From Phormidesmis sp. (GTDB lineage Bacteria > Cyanobacteriota > Cyanobacteriia > Leptolyngbyales > Leptolyngbyaceae): a stretch of 64,000 nt of DNA. Positions 1 to 8,220 of the stretch are shown here, one piece after another. The position numbers were made by a program, and so were the translations under genes. The stretch lies in assembly GCA_965248535.1 (NCBI GenBank), contig CBDFJR010000005.1, forward strand, positions 384,001 through 448,000, in the 5' to 3' direction. Under the pieces are notes generated by a model. That model searched no databases, was not told the DNA's origin, and was given only the letters and a program-made list of their open reading frames with translations. The stretch's first letter is position 1. Each line of letters begins with the position of its first letter.

Positions 1-240
1 CACAACGCCCAATTCTTTCTCTTGAGACAGCATCGCCATCATCGACTCATAATCATTGGTGATCGGCACTTCTAGCGCGCCGCAGCCAATCACCTCGCCA
101 ATATCTAGCCCGTTTAGTTCGGGGTTTCTCGCCACGGCTCCGATCAGCGTCATGTCACTCGCCTGAGACACCGCCTTGACAATTTCTCGCCCCATTTTGC
201 CCGTGGCACCGTTGACCACAACCGGAATCTGACTCGCCAT
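1..240 (-). CDS. dapB: 4-hydroxy-tetrahydrodipicolinate reductase, 5' part (runs off window start)
   Basis: My translation from ATG at 240 gives MASQIPVVVNGATGKMGREIVKAVSQASDMTLIGAV..., the DapB N-terminal Rossmann motif (V-x-G-A-x-G-K-M-G-R). Not in the ORF track because it is truncated. Confidence 0.85.
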   Translation of the reverse strand, partial: MASQIPVVVNGATGKMGREIVKAVSQASDMTLIGAVARNPELNGLDIGEVIGCGALEVPITNDYESMMAMLSQEKELGVV

Positions 241-412
241 AATTGAGACCCGTTTTGAATGACCTAGAGGCATTTTAGGATCAAGCGATCGGGTTTCGCT
301 CGGTTCTCTCTGAGATTCCTTTTTAACGATTGAAGTCCGCTCCATTCATGACGCAGGGTGGTTTACAATTAAATGCGCTGATTAAAACTTCTTTAATTTT
401 GCAGGTAATCTC

Positions 413-1513
413 GTGACTTTTACGACAGAAGCTACTTCCCAGAATGGACGCTCTACCGTGTCGCCCGCTCTTCGTCGCCGTGCGGTCTTTCCCTTTACGG
501 CGATCGTTGGTCAAGAAGAAATGAAGCTGGCATTGCTGCTCAATGTCATTGACCCCAAGATCGGCGGGGTGATGATTATGGGCGATCGGGGCACTGGCAA
601 ATCGACGACCATTCGGGCATTGGCTGACCTGCTGCCAGAAATCGAAGTCGTTGCCGATGACCCGTTTAACAGCCACCCCAGTGACCCCGAAATCATGGGC
701 GATGCTGTGCGGCAACTCGTCGAGAAGGGCGCAGAAGTCCCGGTGACGAAGAAAAAAGTGATGATGGTCGATCTGCCCCTTGGAGCCACCGAAGATCGGG
801 TTTGCGGCACGATCGACATTGAGAAAGCCCTCTCTGAAGGTGTGAAAGCCTTTGAGCCAGGGTTATTAGCGAAGGCAAATCGCGGCATTCTCTACGTGGA
901 TGAGGTCAACCTCTTAGACGATCACCTAGTGGATGTGCTGCTCGACTCTGCCGCCTCAGGGTGGAACACGGTTGAGCGAGAAGGCATTTCCATTCGGCAC
1001 CCGGCGCGATTTGTGTTGGTCGGATCTGGCAACCCCGAAGAAGGAGAACTGCGCCCCCAATTGCTCGATCGCTTTGGGATGCACGCTGAGATTCGCACAG
1101 TGAAAGAACCCGTGCTGAGAGTTCAAATCGTCGAGCAGCGAACCGAGTTTGACCAAGATTCTCAAACCTTTTTAGAGACCTATGAGCCGCAGCAAGTTGA
1201 GCTTCAAGCGCAGTTGGTCGAGGCTCAAGAGCGATTGAAAGCGATCGAGATTGACTATGATCTGCGGGTCAAAATCTCTCAAGTCTGCTCAGATCTAGAT
1301 GTGGATGGGTTGCGCGGCGATATTGTCACCAATCGAGCCGCTAAAGCGATCGCCGCCTTTGAAGGTCGCACCGAGGTCACCGTCAACGATATTCGTCGGG
1401 TGGCCACGCTCTGCCTGCGTCACCGTTTGCGAAAAGACCCAATGGAATCGATCGATTCTGGTTATAAAGTCGAGAAAGTGTTTAATCAAGTGTTTGGGCT
1501 TGAAAATGCTTAA
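413..1513 (+). CDS. chlI: Magnesium chelatase ATPase subunit I
   Basis: [16 protein letters not shown], Walker [19 protein letters not shown] and [17 protein letters not shown] are ChlI/BchI signatures. The start codon is uncertain. Confidence 0.97.
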   Translation: MTFTTEATSQNGRSTVSPALRRRAVFPFTAIVGQEEMKLALLLNVIDPKIGGVMIMGDRGTGKSTTIRALADLLPEIEVVADDPFNSHPSDPEIMGDAVRQLVEKGAEVPVTKKKVMMVDLPLGATEDRVCGTIDIEKALSEGVKAFEPGLLAKANRGILYVDEVNLLDDHLVDVLLDSAASGWNTVEREGISIRHPARFVLVGSGNPEEGELRPQLLDRFGMHAEIRTVKEPVLRVQIVEQRTEFDQDSQTFLETYEPQQVELQAQLVEAQERLKAIEIDYDLRVKISQVCSDLDVDGLRGDIVTNRAAKAIAAFEGRTEVTVNDIRRVATLCLRHRLRKDPMESIDSGYKVEKVFNQVFGLENA

Positions 1514-1659
1514 AGAAGTGTTTGCAAACAATAGCTGAAGACCCCTTAGTCTCTGCTATCTGAGGGTTTTAAGCTCTTGTCTCATCTACACTTAAGGTGC
1601 CCTTAGTTCAGTCCTAGCAAGAGATTACGTTTATTTACAAACAGTTTCTCAAACGCAAT

Positions 1660-2040
1660 ATGACCATCAATCAACCCGATCGGCTCGATCGCATTGAAGC
1701 AATTCTGGCAAATCTAGCCAGCCGAGACGCAACCATTGAGCAGCGCTTTGAGCGATACCAAGAAGCCGCACAACAGCGCTTTGAGCGAGAGCAAGAAGTT
1801 GTCCGACAGCGCTTTGAGCGAGAGCAAGAGGTTGTCCGACAGCGCTTTGAGGAACTTGATCGACGACAAGACATCACTCAGCGACAAATAGACGTATTGC
1901 TAGCGCTGCATGACGAGACGAGTGAGAGGCTCGATCGACAAGATAGACAATTAGACCTCGATCGGGCTGAGTTTCGCTCAACTGTGCGCGATATTCTCAG
2001 TCACTTGCAGACTCGATATAGCGACAATGGTGACGGCTGA
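1660..2040 (+). CDS. Small coiled-coil hypothetical protein with 11-aa tandem repeats
   Basis: 126 aa, DRLDRIEAIL start, R/E/Q-rich, QRFER-type repeats. Confidence 0.75.
   Translation: MTINQPDRLDRIEAILANLASRDATIEQRFERYQEAAQQRFEREQEVVRQRFEREQEVVRQRFEELDRRQDITQRQIDVLLALHDETSERLDRQDRQLDLDRAEFRSTVRDILSHLQTRYSDNGDG
1741..1851 (+). repeat. 33-bp in-frame tandem repeat (about 3.4 copies)
   Basis: cagcgctttgag begins at 1741, 1774, 1807 and 1840. Units 2 and 3 differ by 1 nt. Confidence 0.95.
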
Positions 2041-2082
2041 CCTTCACAGGCGGGACAGAATCGAAGACCCTTTCTAACTGTT

Positions 2083-3027
2083 TCAACCATCTTCTAACGA
2101 AGACAGCGCAAACTTTGACGGGGACTGATCAATCTTTGCGGCTGTAGACAGTTTTTGCAAAAACTCCTGCGCCATCGCTGCAAACGCTTTTGCCCCGGCT
2201 GTGCTTGGGTTTGCCAGCACAACAGGCGTGAAGGTATCCACTGCTTTAGACACATTTACGTCCGGCGGAATTCTCGTTTTAAACAGTTTGGCTTCACTAA
2301 AATCTTCGTTTAGCCGTCGCATCACTTGCCCATAATAGCGACTCGAAAACACATTTCCAGACAGCGAAAACGCAATGCCTAACAGATTAGGAGTGAGCGG
2401 AGTATCGGCTTTATGGGTCTCTTTTAGTTTGGCAATCCGCCGTTCTAATAGCTGAATTCCGATTAAAGAGAGCGGCTCAGGTTTAGCGGGAATGAGATAG
2501 AAATCGCTGGCAAGCAGAGCACTGCGCGTAATTAAATTATAGCCAGGAGCGCAGTCTAAAATGATCAGATCATAATCTTTGCTAACGGGCTGCAAAACAC
2601 TTTTAATCAAGGTTTTCTCAAAGTTATTCCAAACTTGCTCAAAGTTTGTCTGACCCTGGCGAGTGGCAGTTTGGTGGAGCATTTCTGAGACCATAAACTC
2701 GTCGTAGAGATCGATATCTCCGGGTAACAAATCTAACCCTTTGACGTTGCAAACATACGATCGGATCGCTTCTGAAACAGTGGTTGAAAGCTGTTTATCT
2801 GAGAGAATCGATCGCTTAATTAAATGCCGGAGCGTCCGTCTTTCGGTTCTAATTTTGGCGAAGTCTGCGGGAGTCATCAGACTGAGAGTGGCACTGATTT
2901 GAGTATCGAGATCCACAATTAAGACTTTTTTGCCGTGATTTTTAGCGAGGCACGTTGCAAGGTTCACGGTGAGAGTCGTTTTACCGACTCCGCCCTTCAT
3001 GTTTGCGGTTGCAATGATAAATGCCAT
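2083..3027 (-). CDS. ParA/Soj-family ATPase
   Basis: Deviant Walker A NMKGGVGKTT, VDLDTQ, ILDCAPG. No parB adjacent. Confidence 0.92.
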   Translation of the reverse strand: MAFIIATANMKGGVGKTTLTVNLATCLAKNHGKKVLIVDLDTQISATLSLMTPADFAKIRTERRTLRHLIKRSILSDKQLSTTVSEAIRSYVCNVKGLDLLPGDIDLYDEFMVSEMLHQTATRQGQTNFEQVWNNFEKTLIKSVLQPVSKDYDLIILDCAPGYNLITRSALLASDFYLIPAKPEPLSLIGIQLLERRIAKLKETHKADTPLTPNLLGIAFSLSGNVFSSRYYGQVMRRLNEDFSEAKLFKTRIPPDVNVSKAVDTFTPVVLANPSTAGAKAFAAMAQEFLQKLSTAAKIDQSPSKFALSSLEDG

Positions 3028-3289
3028 ACACGATATCCTCTCGGTGACGACTGTGAGCCGCAGACTGAATTAGGCACTTCATGATACTACTTTGCACTCG
3101 CAGTCATAACTTTTGTCTAAGCGAAATTCTTTCAGTAGATAAATCGAATGATGATGGCTAACCCAATCACCCAACTCGACCCAAATACTAGTTGATTGAC
3201 GCGACGCTCACTGCATAGGGCGTATACCCCTATCTGAATGAATTTCCTCAGCCCGCGAATTTGATAAATGCAGCTAAACATTTAACAGA

Positions 3290-3325
3290 CAAATTTCACT
3301 TCCTTTTCAAATTTCACTTCCTTTT
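3290..3325. repeat. Perfect 18-bp tandem duplication in a divergent promoter region
   Basis: caaatttcacttcctttt x2 (3290-3307, 3308-3325). Confidence 0.9.
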
Positions 3326-3465
3326 ATAAACTTCTGGAGTGAGATAACGGTCACAAAGATTGATGGAACTAAAACTGTGTTCTAATATTCAACTAGTCAA
3401 ATGGTCTTCCTCAATCGTTTTTTCATTCCTGACTCTTTTTATACAATCAAGATAGGCACTAAATA

Positions 3466-5871
3466 ATGGCTGCTCTGGACACATTAATTTCCTTGCCATC
3501 AAGTCAGGCTGCCCTGACGACTCGTCCCGTTACCCCCGGTTTAGCGGTTGACCCCTTTACCGGAAGCGATGTTCAGGTTAAACCCTGGATCTCTGGTTCG
3601 AGTGGCTCCGATGTCCTCGGTTTGACCGCACGGGGGACGACAGCACCCTCTACCAATGGCTTGCCAGGGTTTGCAACGGCGATAGACCCCGATGGTCAAG
3701 GTGCCCTGAGGCTAACGGCAACGGGTGCAAGCCAGTCCTCTTTTGCCATCTTCAACCAGGCGATCGACTCCACGCTGGGTCTTTCCATTACTTTCGACTT
3801 TTTCTCTTACGGGGGCAGTGGTGCCGATGGCATTAGCTTCTTTCTCATTGATGGCAGTGCATCACCGAGCGCCCCAGGTGCTTTTGGAGGAGCGCTTGGC
3901 TACGCTGCTCGCGGAGCCGCGAGTGGGCTGCAAGGGGGCTATCTAGGCATTGGCTTCGACGAGTTTGGAAACTTCTCTAGCACGACAGATAATTCACCCG
4001 GAGGCATCAGTTCAGCCCCAACCCCTGATTCGATCGCCGTCCGGGGCAGCCAAGCCAACGCTTACAAGTACCTAACGGGCACTGCTACACTGCCGACCAG
4101 TCTGGATCTGCCAGGGGCTTTAGCAACTCGCACCGCCGCCCGCCGCACTGCCCGAATTGACCTATCACCCACTGGCAATCTCAACGTTCAGATCGACCTG
4201 AACGCGGATGGAGACTTTCTAGACGCAGGTGAAACGCCAGCCGCCCTTCAAAACTATGATGTGGTTGCCAACAATGGGGCGCTTCCAGCCAACTTTAAGT
4301 TCGGCTTTGCTGGTTCTACGGGAGCGTCTACCAACATTCACGAAATTCGTGGACTGTCGATCGGTGCCAGTGGGCAACTCATTGATGGAATTGCTCCAGC
4401 AAGCTTTACTACGTTCCAGCCGCCAACCATTTTGGCTCCCAATCTGACGCTTAATCCGACGACTGGAAACCTGACCGCCACAACGGTTTTCATCACCAAT
4501 TTTAAGCCGGGTCAAGACATTTTAGGCGTTCTAGGGCAACCCACCACCGCGACAAGCGGCACGATCGGCAACCTGAATTGGACTTTCAACTCCGCGACCG
4601 GAGAACTGGGTCTTGATGGCCCTGGAACCGCCGCTGAGTATCAGGCAGCTCTGCGCCAAATCACCTATCGCAACAGTAGTAACACCCCAGACACAACAAC
4701 CCGCAACATAGCGATTCGACTAGACAGCCTACCGGGTGGCCCGCAGAGAGAGGAGCCTTTGCAGGTGACGATCGCTGCGGCTCCTCCCCGTCAGCCAGAT
4801 ATTCTATTGCGTGATTCTGCGAGTAATGCTGTCGTGGCTTGGTATCTGCAAGGTTCGACTCTAGTACAAGGCAATCAGGTGGTGCCTTTCCTCGCGCCTG
4901 CTTGGGCGATCGTCGATTCTAAAGATTTCAATGCCGATGGTCGAGCTGATGTGTTGCTTCGCAACGACTCTTCGGGTGAAATCGTCATCTGGTACATGGG
5001 TGACAACGGAACGATCCTGCCAGGTTCGGGCTATATTACCACTCCGGGTACGCCTGGGTCGCAGGTGGGCAACAGTGCCGCTGCGTTGAAGCTTCGCGAT
5101 GGCTGGCAACTGGTTGGCGCGGCTAACGTCGATGGTGATGCCGAACTGGAGCTTGTTTGGCAAAACCGCAGCACCGATGAATATGGTTTCTGGAATATCA
5201 ATACCACCAACAACAACTTCGTCAGTGCTGACTTTTTCCGTGACAGCATCGGGGGCATTCTTAAAACTCGGAGCACCAACGGTTGGGAAATTGTTGGTTT
5301 AGCGGACTTTAATAAGACAGGACGTGCTGATGTGCTGTTGCGCTATGCGGCTTTGGATCAGACGGCTTACTGGCAATTTAACGTTGATGCGGTGACCAAT
5401 CAAGTGCGCTTGGCAACAGCGGCACTCTTGCCGACAACGGGTAACATAGACAATACGCTGAGGGTGCGAGCGATCGCAGACTTCACAGGAGATGGTCGCC
5501 CTGACATTCTCTGGCGCAGAACCGATGCCGATGTGACTATTCTCTGGACGATTGGATTGAATGCCACAACCAATCTACTGACTGCCACACCTAGCACGCT
5601 CCCTGCTGCTGGCAGCGTCAGTTGGACGATCGGGGGGGCAGATGATTTTGTCGGTGTCGGTCTGACTCAACCGGATGGCACGGCAGATATTGTCTGGCGC
5701 AACCCAGACTCTGACCAGATTGTGATTTGGTCGATTAAGAACGGTCAACTAGACGTTGCTAATTCAGATCTAGTTAGGGGTAAGAGCGGCTCTATAGCTC
5801 GAACGGGTCTTTCCACCTGGAACATTGAGGAAGTCAATCAGTTTGGCGTAGGCACAGACATTAGTCTTTAA
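3466..5871 (+). CDS. Surface/adhesin-like protein: L-type lectin domain + Ig/cadherin-like segment + FG-GAP/VCBS-like repeats
   Basis: GADGISFFL, GYLGIGFDEFGNF and FKFGFAGSTG (legume-lectin fold); AEYQAALRQITY segment; repeated DFNADGRADVLLRN / DFTGDGRPDILWR. Confidence 0.8.
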   Translation: MAALDTLISLPSSQAALTTRPVTPGLAVDPFTGSDVQVKPWISGSSGSDVLGLTARGTTAPSTNGLPGFATAIDPDGQGALRLTATGASQSSFAIFNQAIDSTLGLSITFDFFSYGGSGADGISFFLIDGSASPSAPGAFGGALGYAARGAASGLQGGYLGIGFDEFGNFSSTTDNSPGGISSAPTPDSIAVRGSQANAYKYLTGTATLPTSLDLPGALATRTAARRTARIDLSPTGNLNVQIDLNADGDFLDAGETPAALQNYDVVANNGALPANFKFGFAGSTGASTNIHEIRGLSIGASGQLIDGIAPASFTTFQPPTILAPNLTLNPTTGNLTATTVFITNFKPGQDILGVLGQPTTATSGTIGNLNWTFNSATGELGLDGPGTAAEYQAALRQITYRNSSNTPDTTTRNIAIRLDSLPGGPQREEPLQVTIAAAPPRQPDILLRDSASNAVVAWYLQGSTLVQGNQVVPFLAPAWAIVDSKDFNADGRADVLLRNDSSGEIVIWYMGDNGTILPGSGYITTPGTPGSQVGNSAAALKLRDGWQLVGAANVDGDAELELVWQNRSTDEYGFWNINTTNNNFVSADFFRDSIGGILKTRSTNGWEIVGLADFNKTGRADVLLRYAALDQTAYWQFNVDAVTNQVRLATAALLPTTGNIDNTLRVRAIADFTGDGRPDILWRRTDADVTILWTIGLNATTNLLTATPSTLPAAGSVSWTIGGADDFVGVGLTQPDGTADIVWRNPDSDQIVIWSIKNGQLDVANSDLVRGKSGSIARTGLSTWNIEEVNQFGVGTDISL

Positions 5872-5883
5872 CTGCGTTTAACC

Positions 5884-5891
5884 GCGATCGC
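5884..5891. repeat. HIP1 octamer GCGATCGC (one example; it recurs throughout the window)
   Basis: GCGATCGC and near-variants occur very frequently in coding and non-coding DNA, a hallmark of many cyanobacteria. Confidence 0.9.
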
Positions 5892-6281
5892 TGGTTTGAT
5901 TGATGACAGAAGCTGATCAAAGTAACTCTGTTGTCAATCACTTTTTGATTGCCCCTCTGCTCAAAACTGATAAAACTCACAGGCGATGGACTGTCAAAGA
6001 AGATGTCCATAGAGGTTCAGCCCTGCTGTCATTGATCGTTCAGCTCAAACTCAAAGTCTCCCTCTACGCAAACCTGCACAAAATCAGATCGACAGCTAGA
6101 AGGCTGACTAAAACTAGGTGTTAGGCTGGAGAAAGATAGGGTGAAGCAGTTGCCAATAGAAGGCTTCATTGTGTCACCGGGAAACCCAATCCCCTTGTGG
6201 GTTGGGAGGGGTAGGTGCGCGGGTCAAGGGGTTCAACGCCCCGCAGACTCGCAATAATCTGTGCAGGAACAAACTGTTTTC

Positions 6282-6290
6282 TGGTACAAT
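6282..6290 (+). promoter_or_regulatory. Extended -10 promoter element inside the putative element
   Basis: TGGTACAAT matches TGnTAnnnT. Confidence 0.5.
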
Positions 6291-6296
6291 CAAGCT

Positions 6297-6513
6297 GACA
6301 AACAAGCCCACTCCTTTAATCAAGGCACGACCTGCAAGGCTACGCACTACAGGGGATACAGTTTCAGAAGCTTCGGCTTTTTGGGAGAGAGGGACGAGCC
6401 TTAAACGGCTCCTTGCGAAAAAATTAAATCCTTCGGGCTGCGGTCAATCAGCCTATTGCGCTCCGACTTCTAGACGGCTAGATGGACATGGAAGTGCAAG
6501 CCTCATCCCCTTG
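6297..6513 (+). ncRNA. Candidate structured RNA (strand and ends inferred)
   Basis: Hairpins CAGAAGC-TTCG-GCTTTTTG (6365-6383), GAGCC-TTAAAC-GGCTC (6396-6411), GGCTG-N8-CAGCC (6436-6453), TCTAG-ACGG-CTAGA (6469-6482), and ACTTC/GAAGT (6466/6491), all downstream of the extended -10. Confidence 0.4.
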
Positions 6514-6558
6514 AAGGCTTCATTCTCTGGTTATTTTTAGCAAGAAGACTGCCAACCT

Positions 6559-8220
6559 GTGACTGCATCTGTTTTTGCGGCTGAACGCCTATTATTTACG
6601 TCTGCGACTCCTCAAGCAGACGCAATCTCGCTGATTTTTGCTTTCCCCAATGAATATAGTGTGGGAATTACGAGTCTGGGTTATCAAGTTGTTTGGGCAA
6701 CGTTAGCAGCGCGAAATGATCTAGAGATCAGCCGTCTATTTACTGACGTTCATGAATCGTTGCCATCCCAGCCTGAGATTCTCGGCTTTTCGATGTCGTG
6801 GGAACTCGATTACGTCAATATTCTCGGCTTGCTGGAATCGTTGGAGATTCCGATCCGATCGTGCGATCGCGCCACACATCACCCGATCGTGTTCGGGGGC
6901 GGCCCCGTTCTCACCGCTAACCCCGAACCCTATGCAGATTTCTTTGACGTGATGCTGCTGGGAGATGGAGAGATTTTGCTTGATGCCTTTATTGATGCTT
7001 ATCAGGCGGTTCGACACGCCGATCGTCAAACTCAACTGCGACATCTAGCCCAAGTTCCGGGAATCTACGTCCCTAGTTTATATACGGTGACCTATGAAAG
7101 TCCCGATGGTGCGATCGAGCGCATTGAGCCGATCGACTCCACGATTCCCGCCCGCATTGAGAAGCAAACCTATCGCGGCAATACGCTTTCAGCGTCTACG
7201 GTCGTCACCGAGAAAGCCGCCTGGGAAAATATTTATATGGTCGAGGTGGTGCGGAGTTGCCCAGAAATGTGCCGCTTTTGCCTCGCGAGTTATCTGACCC
7301 TGCCCTTTCGGATCGCAGACGTTGAAGAGTCATTGATTCCCGCGATCGAGCGTGGTCTACAAGTCACCGATCGCGTGGGATTGCTCGGTGCATCGGTGAC
7401 TCAACATCCAGAGTTTGAGAGCCTGCTAGACTATCTCAACCGACCTCAAAACGATGCTGTCAGAGTCAGTATTGCCTCAGTGCGAACGAACACGGTAACA
7501 GAGAAGCTAGCGCGGACGTTGAAGAACCATGACACCAAATCGATCACGATCGCTGTTGAAAGTGGCTCCGATCGGCTCCGGCAAATCATCAACAAAAAGC
7601 TGACCAACGACGAAATTATTCAAGCCGCCGTCAACGCTAAAGCAGGCGGACTCAGCGCCATCAAACTCTATGGCATGGCAGGCGTGCCGGGCGAGGAAGC
7701 CGAGGATCTTGAACAAACCGTTGCTATGATGCGCGAGGTTAAAAAGGCGGCTCCGGGTCTGCGACTCACCTTGGGATGCAGTACATTTGTACCTAAAGCC
7801 CACACGCCTTTTCAGTGGTTTGGGGTCAACCCTCAAGCCGAAAAGCGCCTGCAATTTCTGCAAAAGCAACTGCGCCCACAAGGGATTGATTTTCGCCCTG
7901 AAAGCTATAACTGGTCAGTGATTCAGGCGTTGTTATCGCGGGGCGATCGCCGTCTCTCTCACCTGCTAGAACTGACTCGACACTATGGCGACTCGTTGGG
8001 CAGCTATCGTCGTGCTTTTAAAGAACTGCGGGGGCAGATTCCTGAAATGAGCGTCTACGTCCACGATATTTGGTCGCTCGATCGGGTCTTGCCTTGGAGT
8101 CACCTGCAAGGGCCGTTACCTCAAGCTACACTGCAAAAACATTTGATAACCGCGATCGAGCAATTTACTCAACCCCCACAGGAACTTCGGGCGGCATCTT
8201 GTTCAGGACAGGTTGCTTGA
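6559..8220 (+). CDS. B12-binding-domain radical SAM protein
   Basis: CPEMCRFC (CxxxCxxC), FPNEYSVGITSLG N-terminus, GGPVLTANPEP, FVPKAHTPFQW. Confidence 0.92.
   Translation: MTASVFAAERLLFTSATPQADAISLIFAFPNEYSVGITSLGYQVVWATLAARNDLEISRLFTDVHESLPSQPEILGFSMSWELDYVNILGLLESLEIPIRSCDRATHHPIVFGGGPVLTANPEPYADFFDVMLLGDGEILLDAFIDAYQAVRHADRQTQLRHLAQVPGIYVPSLYTVTYESPDGAIERIEPIDSTIPARIEKQTYRGNTLSASTVVTEKAAWENIYMVEVVRSCPEMCRFCLASYLTLPFRIADVEESLIPAIERGLQVTDRVGLLGASVTQHPEFESLLDYLNRPQNDAVRVSIASVRTNTVTEKLARTLKNHDTKSITIAVESGSDRLRQIINKKLTNDEIIQAAVNAKAGGLSAIKLYGMAGVPGEEAEDLEQTVAMMREVKKAAPGLRLTLGCSTFVPKAHTPFQWFGVNPQAEKRLQFLQKQLRPQGIDFRPESYNWSVIQALLSRGDRRLSHLLELTRHYGDSLGSYRRAFKELRGQIPEMSVYVHDIWSLDRVLPWSHLQGPLPQATLQKHLITAIEQFTQPPQELRAASCSGQVA

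Larger units (their letters stand above)
6171..6513 (+). mobile_element. Putative non-autonomous IS200/IS605-like element (no transposase), right end truncated
   Basis: Left hairpin CCCAATCC-CCTTGT-GGGTTGGG (6185-6206) sits inside a CACC/GGTG stem. A matching half hairpin CCTCATCC-CCTTG lies at 6501-6513. GAAGGCTTCATT is directly repeated at 6159-6170 and 6513-6524. The family call is by resemblance only. Confidence 0.6.

Noticed and set aside
1741..1851. 33-bp repeats as a CRISPR array
   Set aside because: The units are head-to-tail with no unique spacers, in frame within a CDS, and no cas genes are present.
1660..3027. ParA + coiled-coil protein as the McdAB carboxysome-positioning pair
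   Set aside because: The genes are convergent rather than operonic, the small protein lacks the C-terminal Trp-containing end typical of McdB, and they are not next to ccm/rbc genes.
5900..6124. 74-aa ORF downstream of the lectin gene
   Set aside because: No recognisable motif or ribosome-binding site; cannot be supported.
6169..6540. 123-aa ORF as a real gene or transposase
   Set aside because: It has a TTG start, no recognisable motif (no HUH, RuvC or DDE), and coincides with the hairpin-rich element. It is more likely a chance ORF.
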